From positions 186,001-248,000 of the forward strand of contig CM052818.1 in assembly GCA_028534125.1 (NCBI GenBank): a DNA stretch of 62,000 nucleotides, in the 5' to 3' direction. Position numbers and translations under genes: made by a program. Within the stretch, counting starts at the first letter, position 1. Every line of letters begins with the position of its first letter. The notes under the pieces were generated by a model. It did not search any database and was not told where the DNA came from. It saw only the letters and a list, made by a program, of their open reading frames with translations. The DNA is from Lama glama. Lineage: Eukaryota. Positions 12,430-26,660 of this stretch are shown in pieces.

Positions 12430-13520
12430 TACCAATGGACCCCTAGAAATTTCACTGAAGTAGAAGGCTCCTGAATTTTAGTCCAGTTGATTTCCTACCC
12501 TCTGGCATGCAAATGTCTTACCAGTAAGTCTAAAGTAGTTGCTAAAGTAGTTTGCTCACTAGGTCCAATCACCATGTCATTAATGTAATAGACCAGTGTG
12601 ATAGCGTATGGAAGGGAGTGGCACTCAAACTCCCTGTGAACTGAATTATGACATAGGGCTGGAGAACTGATATGCCCCTGAGGTAGGACAGTGAGAGTGT
12701 ACTGCTGGCCTTGAAGCTGAAAGCAAACTGCTTCTGTGGGGTGTTATAGACAGGAATGGAGAAGCATTTTCCAGATCCACAACTGCATACCAGGTACTGG
12801 GAGATGTGTTAATTTGCTCAAGCAATGAAGCCACATCTGATAATCCACTGTCAGTCTCCAAGATCCTTCTGTCTTCTGCACAGGCCAGATAGGTGAGTTA
12901 AAGAAGGGTGTGGTAGAAATCACCACACCTGCATCTCTCAAGTCCTTGATGGTGGTACTAATTTCTGCAATTCCTCCAGGAAGGCACTGTTACTTTTATT
13001 ATTTTCCTAAGTGGAGGCAGTTCTAGGAGCTTCCACTTGGCCTTTCCCAATGTAATTGCCCTCACTCCACAGGTCAGGAAACCAGTGTGGGGATTCTGCT
13101 AGCTGTTAGGTATGTCTATTCCAATTTTGCATTCTAAAACTGAGGAAATGGCCACAGGGTGCATTTGGGGAACAACTGGACCTGATCTAAACCTTCGTTG
13201 ATTAGATCAGGGGTCTAAATCTGACCTCCATTAGCCCCCTACTCTGACTAGTGGGCAATAATGTTTGGGGTCTCCTGGAATTAGTGTCAGTTCAGAGCCA
13301 GTGTCCCATAGACCCTGCAAGGTCTGATCATTCCCTTTTCCTCAATATATAGTTACCCTGGTAAAAGGCTGTAGGTCCCTTTGGGGAAGGCTGGGAGAAA
13401 GACTAACAGCATAAATTTTTGGTAATGTACTGGGGTCCTTCCCCAAGGGAGCCCCACGTCCCCTTCATTCAAGGTTTTCTGGGTCTGTAAGTTGGCTGAA
13501 GTCTGGGGACTGATTTAGGT
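12430..13520 (-). mobile_element. ERV-L-type endogenous retrovirus internal remnant (protease and RT), degraded
   Basis: - strand LQGLWDTGSELTLIPGDPK (aspartyl protease DTG, about 13297-13305), [31 protein letters not shown] and YIND (degenerate YIDD, about 12576-12587). The frames are broken. Confidence 0.85.
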
Positions 13521-14307
13521 CAACCAGAGCTTTCTAAAAAGGGGAACTAATTAAACAAATATTAGATCTCACTTTTTCTTCCATTTCTCTTAACATGTAA
13601 ATAAACATGTTATTTTCTGTATTTTTGGCTCTCTGGGCTGTGTTCTATGGTACTTTTTTAGTTTTATTCCCCAGTTCAATAATTGTCTTTTTAGTGGTGT
13701 TTAATCTGTCAGTTAACCCATTGAAGGTTTTTTTTAATTGCTATATTTTAATTTCTAGAAATTCTCTTTGATCATTTTCAAATCTTTCTGGTCCTTTTTT
13801 GATAGCTTTTTAATTCTTTGTTCATGGTTTTGATACCCTCTTTTATTTCTTTAAACATCTTAAAGATATATATATGTAATATACATATGTTATTTAAATA
13901 ATGTCAGAAATTTTAACTTGACACTTATTCAAAATACATATATTCTTAGGAAATGTAACATTGATCTAGAGTCTAATTAAATCAGATTACTTACTGAAAA
14001 CAAGTTTTTGTGAAGGAGGGTGAGGAGAACCAAGAGGTTTACATGTTGTTTCCTTGACCTGACTGCAGACTAAGCCAAGCATCTCTTCTTTACTGGAGTG
14101 ACCGATCCTGAGGAGTAGATTAGGTTGGACCTTATCAGTTCTAAAATGATTAACCATTTCTGGCAAAACATCACTCTTGAATAGAGAAGCTCCCAGTGCC
14201 TAGACTGACTAAGAAATGAAGATAATGTTTAAGAGCAATGCTGCTAGGGCTCCAATTTGCCTAAACTACCCCAAAGTAAAATTAAGCAGTCACAACTGTA
14301 AATGGAG

Positions 14308-14437
14308 TGGGGGACGGTATAGCTCAGTGGTAGAGTGCATGCCTAACATGCGTAAGGCCCTGGGTTCAATCCCCAGTACCTCTATCAAAGATAAATAAAT
14401 AAGACCTAATTACCCCCCAAAAAAAATACAAAAAAAA
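14308..14437 (+). mobile_element. tRNA-derived SINE
   Basis: ggtatagctcagtggtagagtgcatgcctaacatgcgtaaggccctgggttcaatcccc. Confidence 0.88.
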
Positions 14438-14917
14438 TTTTTAATTGTGTTTAAAAAATGTCCCTCTCTAACTTTTGTAATATTCCTTGTTCTTAAGTTT
14501 ACGTTGTCTGATATTAATATAGTGACTCCAGCTTGCTTTTTGTTTGTATTTGCATAGGATATATTTCCCTATTCTTCCACTTTTAACCTGTGTCTTTAAA
14601 TTAAAAATGAGTTATCCAATTTGAAAAAAACAAAAACTAGCAGTCACAACTGAACCTTCCTTTGGGTGAGCAAATATGTAAAACACATTCTTTCCTTTTT
14701 CTAGTAACTCCACATAATCAAAGCCTTTGACTGCAAATTTTCCTTCCTCTGGTCTAGTGCCTAAAACATAATAGGCATTCTGTAGATCTTGGTCAAATAA
14801 ACAGATTTTCAAGGAGGCAAAAGTACTCCTGAGGAGTAATTGATAATGAAGTTAGACAGTTAATCTGAAACCTAGGTCACTAAAGATTTGCATCTTTGGT
14901 TGGTATTTTCTCTGCAG

Positions 14918-15103
14918 CAAGTAAAAGGGAACTTTGCAAGGCTGCAGGCCTGCATCTCAGAACTCCGCTTATTGCAAAGAGAAGGTTGTTTCAGACCACA
15001 AGGCACTTCTCTGCAGCTGGCAGTAGAGGATGGGCTCCAGCAGCTCAAACAGTACAGCAGACACGTGACCACGGGTACAGCTCTGACCTACACTTCCCTG
15101 GAG
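14918..15103 (+). CDS. M1AP: M1AP coding exon 2 (186 nt)
   Basis: ttctctgcag|QVKGNFARLQACISELR...TYTSLE|gtaaga; phase 0/0. Confidence 0.96.
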
Positions 15104-15828
15104 GTAAGAGATGCTGCCCTTAGGACTCTAAGCTGTCTTCCCATCAGTCCATCTAGATCCTTCATTGTTGGTCATCCTTATCCTGTTCTCTGTTTCATAC
15201 ACATTGAAGGTCATGACAGATACTCCATTGGGTGCATGACTGACTCTGAGTTCTGATAACATCAGGCATCAAACAAATGAGTTTAAAGAATTATCCTTTC
15301 ATTTGCATCCTTCTTCATCAATTAGAAGTGTCTAAGTACAAAAGAGAATTGCTTATATTTAATACTTGCCTTCCGGAGTTTCGAGTTCAACCTGGATCCT
15401 GGTTGAGCAAGGAGAGAAATCTACATGGAGGCACCACCGTGAGAAGAAGGCATATAGGATCTCTGATATTTAGTGAGTGGAATTTAAGGACTCTATTTCC
15501 TTTGTTTCCTAGTGAAATCAAAGCACTTTAAGCAGGAGAGATACTGCAAGTGATTCATTCAACCCTAAAAATACTAAAATACACTGATGGTCTCTCACTG
15601 GTAACTTTCTGGGGTAGGCTCAGCCTGTTTGGAAGGGTCCTGTGATGATCTGCCCACCAGACCTCTCCCACCAGAATTTGTCAAATGAAATTTGATTTGC
15701 AAGTTACGATTAAATCTTCTTCTTTGCCCTAAAGACAACAGCCACTACCACAGATTTCTGCAGGGTTTCTGTCCTTCACTCTGTACATCAGGAAAAGTAG
15801 ACATGTTGATTCTTTGATTTATTTCCAG

Positions 15829-15997
15829 ATTACTGTTCTGACTTCACAGCCTGGAAAAGAGGTGGTCAAACAATTGGAGGAAGGACTGAAAGATACAGAC
15901 CTAGTCAGGGTCAGGAGGCTTCAGGTGGTTGAGATCACAAAGGGAGTCTTTGGCTGTATGGACTCAGCATCCCCTGTTGAAGAGCCCAGCAGCGATG
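15829..15997 (+). CDS. M1AP: M1AP coding exon 3 (169 nt)
   Basis: atttccag|ITVLTSQPGKEVVKQLEEGLKDTDL...EEPSSD g|gtaaga; phase 0/1. Confidence 0.96.
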
Positions 15998-16283
15998 GTA
16001 AGAATTAAAGGAAAAGGTAAAAAGAATGGTAGAGGTTTTAATGAGCAGTCTTTTACAGGTCAGGAAGATTATTTTCCATGGTATTTTTATGTCATGAAAT
16101 GAAATGAAGCCAACATATTTCACTGTGGTTCAGACAGGTGTTTCTAGGTGTTAAGTGTTGAATTTTTTAATCATATTTTTAATTTCAGAAACAATGTATG
16201 TTCACGTAATATTATAGGTATAATGTTCATGAAATATTATAGGTATAAAAAAGTAAAAATTCCTTCCTCCTCTAATCACTTTT

Positions 16284-16600
16284 TTTTAATTTAAATATAG
16301 TCAGTTGACAATGTTGTGTCAATTTCTGGTGGACAGCACAATGCTTCAGTCATACAAGAATACACATGTATTCATTTTCATATTCTTTTTCACCTTAAGC
16401 TACTACAAGATATTGAATATAGTTCCCTGTGCTATACAGTATAAACTTGTGTATCTATTTTATGTATACCAGTCAATGTCTGCAAATCTCGAACTCCCAA
16501 TTTATCCCTTCCCACTCCCTTCCCCTCTGGTAACCATAGTTTTGTTTTCTATCTCTGTGAGTCTGTTTGTGTTTTATATAAAAGTTCATCTGTGTTTTTT
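16284..16600 (-). mobile_element. L1 3' end fragment
   Basis: Reverse complement of the 3'UTR seen at 9110-9410; flanking direct repeat taatcacttt. Confidence 0.85.
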
Positions 16601-16905
16601 AATCACTTTTAAGATATTGGGGTATCCCTCTTAATGTCCCATTAGACAGAGAGAGAGATTGAGAGAGCGATAAAGAGATAGAAGTATTTTAACAAGATCA
16701 TGACATACATAATATTCTATAATCCTCTTTGAATGTTGGACAGCTGTCTGTGTTAGTATCTATAGACCTGTCTCATTTTCTGCTGGCTGCATGATCTTTT
16801 TTACTGTGTGGTTGGACCAGTTTCTTTATTTAATTGCTTATTGATGAACAGTTTGGTTTATTACATTTTCTAGTATAACCTATGCTGTACGAACAGACTT
16901 CTCTG

Positions 16906-17100
16906 TAGGGCTGTCTTCACGGGCTTATGACCAGTGCAGTCACACAGGGCCTTGTATTCAGAAAGGCCCTATACTTAGGACTGAATGCTCTTTGGTTACT
17001 TTCTCAGAGTTCTTAATAATTTTATCTTTGAATCTGTGTTTTGTAAGTGAAGTTCGATGGAACAATGGAGCATGTGCCAGAGGATTATAGATGTGGTTTA
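16906..17100. mobile_element. hAT-Tip100-like (MER91/Zaphod-type) fragment
   Basis: tagggctgtcttcacgggcttatgaccagtgcagtcacacagggcc...ttcttaataatttt resembles the recalled consensus end. Confidence 0.5.
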
Positions 17101-17594
17101 CATGTGCCCCGCCTCCTGTGTCGTCCCCACCTCCTCAGAATAGGTTCTCAATCACCAGCTTCCCGGCCCTGAGGTCCCAAGCCTGCCTACCCCACCTAGT
17201 GATCACTGGCACCCAAGTCCCTGCCAATAAGTCCTACGTAAGACACCGATAATCCTACACCTTCTAGAAGAGAAAATACTCAAACTGAGTCTTGAAGAAC
17301 AAATAGGAACTAACCAACTGGAGGAGGAGGAAAAGGGCACTCAAAAAGGAGACCCAGAGGCATGAGAAAGCCAGATAAATCAGCTTTCAGAGACATGCCC
17401 ATGGTTCCCTGTGACAGGAGCCTAGCAGCAAAAGTGAGGCTATAAAGGCAGGCAAGGGTTAGATCAAGAAAGGCCATCTATGCCCTAGTTTTAAGACATT
17501 TGGGTTGCATTCTAAAGCAGTGGGAATTTATGAAAAGGTTTTCATCACGAAGTCAAGTAGACATTCCCAAATTACGGAGTTTAAAAGGTTTCTT

Positions 17595-17945
17595 ATCACT
17601 TAGATGTGGCATCTAAGAAAAATGATACAAATGAACTTATTTACAAAACAGAAATAGACTCAGACATAGAAAACAAAATTACAGTTACCAACGGAGAAAA
17701 GGGAGAGGAGTAAATTTGGAATTTGGGATTAACAGATACACACTACTATATATAAAATAGACAAACTGTATAGCACAGGGAACTATATTCAATGTCTTGT
17801 AATAACCTATAATGGAAAAGAATCTGAAAAAGAATACATATGCATAACTGAATCACTTTGCTGCACACCTGAAATGTAAATCAACTATACTTCAATTTTT
17901 TTAAACTTTTTAAATAAACTCCTTAAAAATTTAACTAATAAAATA
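17595..17945 (+). mobile_element. L1 3' end fragment
   Basis: gatacaaatgaacttatttacaaaacagaaatagactcagacatagaaaac...aatcaactatacttcaat. Confidence 0.85.
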
Positions 17946-19049
17946 AAGGTTTTTTAACTGGTTTTAATTTGTCCAACATTCAAGTTACAGATCACTCTCC
18001 AGCAGTTCTTTCTGGCCACATTGGCCTTCTCCAAGGTTCTGTACACGTGGAGGTGCCCACTATTCTTATACTATTGAAAACCTCACTCTTCCCTTCACCC
18101 CCTCATGATGTCAGGGGTTGGTAAACAACAATGTATTTCCCATCAGATTCTGACATGTGGATTGTTCCAGCATCATGGACCACTGACATTTTTCTGATTG
18201 AGGGGGGAGGGTCACCAGCCTTGCTGTTCGGTGTATGAGCTCTGTCACCTACTACATACACACTGCTTTCCTCAAATCAGTCTCCTCACTGACTACCCTT
18301 TTGTCTCCGTTCCTCCACTTGTACTCTTCTCCCCTGAATTCCCTCTTCTTTCCTTTGAATTCCTTCCGCTATCCTCTTCCAACCAAACCATCCCCATCCT
18401 TTAAACCCTAATTCAGGTTTGTGACTACTGTATTGATTTTCCTCTCCTTAGAACAACCACATCACTTGTGATCTGCACCGCACAATTTAGTGCCTAATTA
18501 TATACCATATAGAATTGTTCACCATTGCTTTACTGTGTAATCATTTTGTTTTCTCACCTAAACTGTAAGCTACTTGATATCTTTTCTATCTGCATTGAAC
18601 GTTAGGCATTAAGCCCTGGGATTACGAATTTGTCTTACTCACTTCTGTGTCCCACTGTATCCTAGATTTTCAATAGACATTTGTTGAATGAATTGATGAC
18701 GGTGATACCTGTAGAGTCTGTTCCTGACCTGTCCAGCATCCTCTTTCTCTAGTAACACCTCTACTTTCCTGGTCCCAGCATGGTCCATAACCCAGGTGAA
18801 GCAGTCATAGCTCTCCAGGCCACCAATCAGAGTCCTTCCCAGTGGGTTCTCAAACTGAATCTGTGAGAGAGAGGCTCTTTTTATTTCTCTTTGGCCATGG
18901 ATAAATCTGGCTGGACTATGTCCTTTTCTCCCTTCAGTGACTGTACCCAAAAAGTACTGTATCTTTAATGGCACAGAGCTCAGAGTACTTTGAGGGTACC
19001 TGCTGTCTTTATTTAAAATACTCAGAGGCTAGCACTGTTTATTATTGTA

Positions 19050-19172
19050 TTATTTATTTTTATCTTGGTGAGGGGTTGTAATTAGATTTATTTATTTTTA
19101 GAGGAGGTACTGGGAATTGAACCCAGGACCTCGTGTATGCATGTGCTCTACCACTAGAGCTATACCCTCCCC
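19050..19172 (-). mobile_element. tRNA-derived SINE
   Basis: Reverse-complement copy; direct repeat gaggctagcactgttta on both sides. Confidence 0.85.
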
Positions 19173-19899
19173 TTCTGAGGCTAGCACTGTTTAGAAGAGC
19201 TTTACAATGCAAGAAACCAGCTTTCTACCTTGTGTCCCTGCTAATGATTCTTTCAGGAACTTCTTGTTTGCTTATAAATAATACATTATCCCATAAGTTG
19301 CTTGTAGTTACTCTTTGTGGGTAAAGTGTATGTATGGTTCATAGTTTGAAATCTTCCCAATTTGCCTCTGCTTTCCTCATGGTTAATTCCTTTATTCCAT
19401 TAATGTTTTACTTTATCTGGTGTCCTTATCAAGAGATTAGCAAGAGCAACTTTTCTCATTCTCAGAAGGTTGAGTGCTCTGGAAGTTAGTTGCCTGAGCC
19501 TAAATCCCATTTCTGTTACTTCCTACCTATGTCATTTCAGAGAAGGTACTTAGCCTGTCTAAGCTGTCTGAGCCTTAGTTATTAATTCCTGCCCCATGCA
19601 GTAGTTGTGGGGATTAAATGAGATCATGTATGTTAATTACTTAGTGTATAATAAATGCTTAGTGAAAGTTAGCTATCCTTAGTATTGATTTTTTTTTTAA
19701 TTTTTGTGTATGGATGGCTTAATATTTCTGAGATTTGTCATTAATGGCCAGGCCCCAAGTGGACTGTGAGTCACCAGAGGATAAGACTTTTACATCTTTG
19801 TGTCACCAGGGTATATCATTCTGCTTGGCACATAGTAGATTCTTGAAAGAGTAAATAAATGAATGATTGGAAAAAATCAAATGATTTGTGAGAGATGGT

Positions 19900-22800
19900 G
19901 GTCACTCTCTCTAACATCAACTCAGATAGTTAGGGACATATCTCAAACACCTGTAGCTTCCCTTCGTAGCCCATGGATATCATGAATTGATTCAAACACT
20001 TCTTGAATCTATTTTTAACTTTTCAACTATGGTGAGATGATCATCAATTAAATAGAAATTGTCTACATGCCACTTTTCAAAGAAAGAAACAGATTACAAG
20101 GAAATGTTGATATTACAGATCAGTTTAAAAAGGAATTATGAGAATATGTCCAACTAGTCTAAATTCTACCTTCTTTCGTTCAGCCCAGCACAGTGAGAAC
20201 TAGTTATAAAGATGACTCAGAGACTGCAAGATCCAGAATTGCTGAAGAAAAAGTGAACTTAAAAATTAAGAAGGTAGACTTATCTTTTAGAAAGTTCTTG
20301 AACAAGGTCTAAAATGAAAGGATTAACTTTGTTTTTCAATTTTTTAATTGAAGTATAGTCAGTTACAGTGCGTCAATTTCTAGTGTACAGCATAACGTCC
20401 CAGTAATACATATACATACATACAGTTGTTTTCATATTCTTTTTTCATTAAAGGTTATTACAAGATATTGAATATAGTTCCCTGTGCTCTACAGAAGAAA
20501 TTTGTTTTTTATCTATTTTTATACATAGTGGCTAACATTTGCAAATCTCAAACTCCCAAGTTTATCCCTTCCCACCCTCTTTCCCCTAGTAGCAATAAGA
20601 TTGTTACTAAGTCTGCAAGTCTGTTTCTGTTCTGTAGATGAGTTCATTAGTGTCCTCTTTTTTTCTTTTTCTTTTTTTTTAGATTCCACACATGAATATC
20701 ATATGATATTTTTCTTTCTCTTTCTGGCTTACTTCACATAGAATGATGATCTCCAGGTCCATCCATGTTGCTGCAAATGGCATTATTTTATTCTTTTTTA
20801 TCTCTGAGTAGTATTCCATTGTGTAAATATACCACAACTTCTTTATCCGGTCAATCCTAGATGGTTTTACAGTCAAATTCTGTCAGACTTTCAAGGAACA
20901 GATCATGCCAGCCTTATACAGACTCTTCTAGACATTAAAAAAGAAAAAAAGAGAAAAAGAAAAAAGAAAACAACCTTCAAGTCATGGTAGAAAACCAGGC
21001 AAAAACAATGTAAGGAAAGAAAATGGCAGGCCAGTCCACTCATGAAAATAGATAAAACAATCTAAAATAATCTAGTCATTATAAAAAGAGAATACAGAAT
21101 TGACCAAATTGGATTTACCTCAGGAATGCAAGGTGATTTTGCATTAGAAATATATAAACTTAACCATGGAGGTGAAAAAAAAGCCTATACTCTGAAAACT
21201 ATGAGAAAATATGAGGGAAGTTAAGGATGATACAAATAAATGGAAAGATACCCTGTGTTCATGGTTGGAAGAACTAATATTGTTAAAATGTCCCTACTAT
21301 CCAAAGCAGTCTTCAGATTTAATGCAACCGCTAAAAGTACCCATGACATTTTTCACAGAACTAGAACAAATAATTTTAAAATTTGTATGGAACTACAAAG
21401 ACCCCAAATGGCCAAGGCAATCTTGAGAAAAAAGAAAAAAGCTGCAGGTATCTTGCTCCCTAACTTCAGACTATATTATGAAGCTACAGTAATTAAAAAA
21501 AAAAAAGTATGGTACTGGCACAAAAACAGATACATAGATCAGTGGAACAGAATAGAGAACCCAGAAATAAACCTACACACTTAAAGTCAATTAATCTATG
21601 ACAAAGGAAACAAAAATACACAATGGAGAAAAGACAGTCTCTTCAATAGTGGTGGTGGGAAAACAGCACAGCCATGTATAAAAGAATGAAATAAAAACAT
21701 TTTTCTCACACTGTATACAAAAATAAACTCAAAATTGATTAACAACTTAATTGTAAGGCCAAAAGCCATAAAACTCCTAGAAGAAAACATAGGCAGAACA
21801 CCTTTTGACATAAATCATAGCAACATTTTTTTTTAGATCTGTCTCCTAAGGCAATGAAAACAAAAGCAAAAGTAAACAAACAAGACTTAATTAAACTTAA
21901 ATGCTATTGCACAGTGAAAGAAATCATCAACAAAACAAAAAGACAACCTACTGAATGGGAGAAGATATTTGCAAATGATATGTCTAATAAGGGATCGTTA
22001 TTCAAAGAGCTCATGCAACTCAATATCAAAAAAACAAACAACTCTATTAAAAATGTGGACAGACGACCTGAGTAGACATTTTCCCAAAGAAGACATACAG
22101 ATGGCCAACAGGCACATAAAAAGATGTTTAACATCACTAATCATCAGGGAAATGCAAATCAAAACCACAGTGAGATTGCACCTCACACCTGTCAGAATGG
22201 CTATCATCAAAAAGACAACAAGTAATAAATGTCGGTGAGGATGTGGAGAAAAGGAAACTCTAGTACACTGTTGGTGGAAATATAAATTGGTTCAGCCATT
22301 ATGGAAACAGTATGGAAGTTCCTGAAAAAAATTAAAAATAGACCTACCATATGATCCAGTAGTTCCACTCCTGAGTATATATCTGAAGAAAACGAAGACA
22401 CTATAATTTGAAAAGATAGTGCACCCCAATGTTAGTAACAGCATTATTTACAACAGCCAAGATATGGAAGCAACTTAAGTGTCCATCAATAGATGAGTAG
22501 ATAAAGGTGATGTAGTGTATGTAAATACAATGGAATATTACTCAGCCATTAAAAAGAATGAAATTTTGCCATTTGCACATAAGGCATGGACCTGAAGGGT
22601 ATTATGCTTAGTGGAGTAAGTCAGACAAAGACAAATCCTGTATGTTATCATTTATGAGGAGAATCTAAAAAATAAAATGAATGAATATAATAAAACAGAA
22701 ATAGACTCACAGATGCAAAGAACAAACTAGTGGTTATCAGTGGGTAGAGGGCTTGGGGGAGGGGCAAGATAGGGGAAAGGGATTAAAAGTTACAAACTAC

Positions 22801-25800
22801 TATGTATAAAATAAATAAGATAAGCACAGGGAATATAACCAATATTTTATAATAAAGTTAAATGGCATATAATCTATAAAAATACTGACTCACTATATTG
22901 TGCACCTGAAACTAATGTAACATCATAAATCAACTATAATAAAAAGAGATGTATAACTTACCACATCAACAGATCAAAAGATAAAAATCATATTACCTTA
23001 ATAAATACAGAAAAACATACGATAAAATGAACATCCATTCATATTTAAAAGAAAAATCTTAGTAAGCTAGGAATAGAAAATAACTTCCATAACTTGGCAA
23101 AATGTTTCAATCAAAAATCTACAATATGATTTTTACTGGTGGAATGTTAGAAAGATTGCCTTCAAAAGTCAAGAATAAGACACGTATATCCCATCACCAC
23201 TTTGGTTCAACATAGTTGTTCTAGTCTAATAAGTTAAGAAAAATACTTAAGGGTATGAAGATTGGAAAGAAAGAAGCAAGACTGTCTTTATTTGAAACAT
23301 ATTTGATTGGCTACATTAATAACCAAAAGAGTCTATGGAAAAATTATTACAATTAGTAAGAATTTAACAAGGTGGCTGGATATAAGATCAAGATACAAAA
23401 GTCAATAGCATTTCTATAATTAGAAAGAAACTCTTAGAAAATTCAATTTTTAAAGAAATACCTTTTACATACCCTCCTCCAAAAAAAAGAAAAACATTTA
23501 GGGAGGGAGGGTATAGCTGAGCTATAGGGTGTGTGCTTAACATGCACGAGGTCTGGGTTCAATTCCCCAGTACCTCCATTTAAATAAATAAGCCTAATTA
23601 CCACCCCCCAAAAAAACCAAAGAAATACCTTTTATAATAACAAAAAGTAGAGCATTTAGAAATAAATCTTAACAAAAGATGCATAGAATAGTTATTGGGA
23701 AAAGTTTGAAATTTTACTGATGTACTTTAAAGAAGATATAATTAAATGGAGCATGTTAATGGAGAGAAACATTCAAAATCAGAAAGAGTCCATTCTCCCC
23801 AAAATGATCTATCAAATGCAATTTCAATCAAAATGCTATCAGAGTTTTTTTGATGAACTTGACAAGCTGATCCTAATGTATATAATAGAGGCTAAGATAT
23901 ATATTAAGGCTAAGGTTTGCCCTATCAGATATTACGATGATTATAAGGCTGTTCTAATTAAGATAGTATTATATTGACACAGAGGTAGATTGTCCAGTCT
24001 AGGACAGCTGAGAGAGACCAGGGACAAACAGACACGTTACATGAAAATTTGATGTGCGGCTGAGCCAACATGGCAGAGCAGTGGGAAAGGATGGATCTAG
24101 TCAGTAACTCATACTGGAACTACCAGTATTCCATGTGGGAAAAATGATATTTGATCCCTGCTGCATGCCATTTACAAAAATACATTTTAAATGGTTTAAG
24201 GACTTAAATATAAAAGCTAAAACTTTAAAACTTTTACAAGAAAATATAGGAGAAAATTTTTATCACCAAAGGTAGAGAGGAGAAGGAATAAAGTTTGCTA
24301 AGCATAAAACAAAAGATTGATAAGTATGAATACTTTAAAATTAAGAATTTCTGGGGCAGTCTACCCAAGCAATAGAAATAAAAGCAAGAATAAACAAACG
24401 GGACCTAATTAAACTTACAAGCTTCCTCACAGCAAAGGAAACCATAAGTAAAACAAAACAACAACCTACGGAATGGGAGAAAATTTTTGCAAATGAAACT
24501 GACAAAGGCTTGATCTCCAGAATATATAAACAGCTCATACAACTTAATAAGAAGAAAACAAACAACCCAGTCCCAAAATGGGCAGAAGACCTAAACAAGC
24601 AATTCTCCAAGGAATAAATACAAATGATCGATAGGCACATGAAAAAAATGCTCAATATCACTAATTATCAGAGAAATGCAAATTAAAACTACAATGAGGA
24701 ATCACCTCACACCAGTCAGAATGGCCATCATTCAGAAGTCCACAAATGACAAATTCTGGAGAGGCTGTGGAGAAAAGGGAACCCTCCTTCACTGCTGGTG
24801 GGAATGCAGTTTGGTGCAGCCACTGTGGAAAACAGTATGGAGATTCCTCAAAAGACTAGGAATAGACTTNNNNNNNNNNNNNNNNNNNNNNNNNNNNNNN
24901 NNNNNNNNNNNNNNNNNNNNNNNNNNNNNNNNNNNNNNNNNNNNNNNNNNNNNNNNNNNNNNNNNNNNNNNNNNNNNNNNNNNNNNNNNNNNNNNNNNNN
25001 NNNNNNNNNNNNNNNNNNNNNNNNNNNNNNNNNNNNNNNNNNNNNNNNNNNNNNNNNNNNNNNNNNNNNNNNNNNNNNNNNNNNNNNNNNNNNNNNNNNN
25101 NNNNNNNNNNNNNNNNNNNNNNNNNNNNNNNNNNNNNNNNNNNNNNNNNNNNNNNNNNNNNNNNNNNNNNNNNNNNNNNNNNNNNNNNNNNNNNNNNNNN
25201 NNNNNNNNNNNNNNNNNNNNNNNNNNNNNNNNNNNNNNNNNNNNNNNNNNNNNNNNNNNNNNNNNNNNNNNNNNNNNNNNNNNNNNNNNNNNNNNNNNNN
25301 NNNNNNNNNNNNNNNNNNNNNNNNNNNNNNNNNNNNNNNNNNNNNNNNNNNNNNNNNNNNNNNNNNNNNAACAAAGCATAAATACAAAACAAACAGACTC
25401 ATAGACATAGAATACAAACTTGTGGTTGTCAAGGGGGAGAGGAGTGGGAAGGGATAGACAGAGTTCAAAATTTGTCGATACTGACAGGCATATGTAGAAT
25501 AGATAAACAAGATTATACTGTATAGCACAGGGAAATATATACAAGATCTTGTGGTAGATCACAGTGAAAAAAAATGGGACAATGGATATATGTATGTTCA
25601 TGTATAACTGAAAAATTGTGCTCTACACTAGAATTTGACACAACAGTGTAAATTGACTATAACTCAATAAAAAATGTTTTAAAAAAAAGAATTTCTGTTC
25701 ATCAAAAGACACCATAAAGAAAGTGATAAGACAAATCATAACTGTGTTTACAACTTGTATGACCAGTAAAAAGAATGAGTTGGTGTCCAGAATAAGGAAT

Positions 25801-26660
25801 ATAGGAATGCCTGAAACTCAGTTTTTTTTAAAAAAGACGACCTAATTTTGAAATCAATGAAAGATCTGAACAGGCATTTCACAGAAGAGGAACTCTTATG
25901 GCAAATAAACAGAAGAAAAATTCTCATTCTTATTAATAATCAGGGAAATACAAATTAAAACAGTGATAGCCCATTTTTATGCCCACTAGTTTGCAAAAAA
26001 TTAAGAAGTCTCACTATAGTGTTGGCAGTAGCAGAGCATGGAAATTCTTATACAGTGTCAGAAAGAATGTAAATTGGCTCACAACTTATTTTGTTGTAAA
26101 GTAACATTCACAATACAGTACAATTCAGCAATTCCATTCCTAGGAGAATGTAGCCAGAAAAATTTTTCAAATGTGCACCTGGAGACATACAAGAATTTGA
26201 ATATTGACATGATTCAAAAAGCCAAAAATTAGATGGACAACTCAAATATCCATTGAATGACATATGAATAAATATTATAAGTTATATTCACAAAGTGGAG
26301 TATCATAGTTATAAAAAATGAATGAACCAGAGCTATATATACAATGTAGATGAATCTTCAATACTAAGAAAAAAGCAGATAAGAAGGATATTCACAAGAT
26401 ACCTCTTTATAAAGCTCAAGCAAAACTAAAATAGTGAAGTGTTTGTTTAAAATAATAAAACTGCTTTTAAAAGGAATGATTTCTAAAAATTTAGTGCGGC
26501 AAAATTTCCCTTAGAGAAGGTCAGGGCACAGCATACACATATCTTAGTAGCACTGATGATCTGTTTCTTAAGTTGAGTAAAGGATTCATGAGAGTTCATT
26601 CTGCTCTTAAGCTTCATGGCTTACATATATGTTGCATGTAACTTATTTGCATATAATAAA
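19900..26660 (+). mobile_element. Old L1 ORF2/3' region interrupted by younger insertions: L1(-) about 20335-20855, L1(+) about 21168-22945, SINE about 23501-23615, L1(+) 24354-25686
   Basis: Multiple ORF2 peptides ([33 protein letters not shown]). The youngest insert has TSD aagaatttctg at 24343-24353 and 25687-25697. Confidence 0.88.
24870..25369. other. Assembly gap (500 N) inside a young L1
   Basis: Run of N. Confidence 1.

Noticed and set aside
16198..16248. About 25-bp imperfect tandem duplication (atgttca.g.aatattataggtata x2)
   Set aside because: Ordinary local slippage in an AT-rich intron; it is not an array.
24676..25601. Several 178-270-aa ORFs
   Set aside because: Artefacts of translating through the N gap; the real parts are L1.
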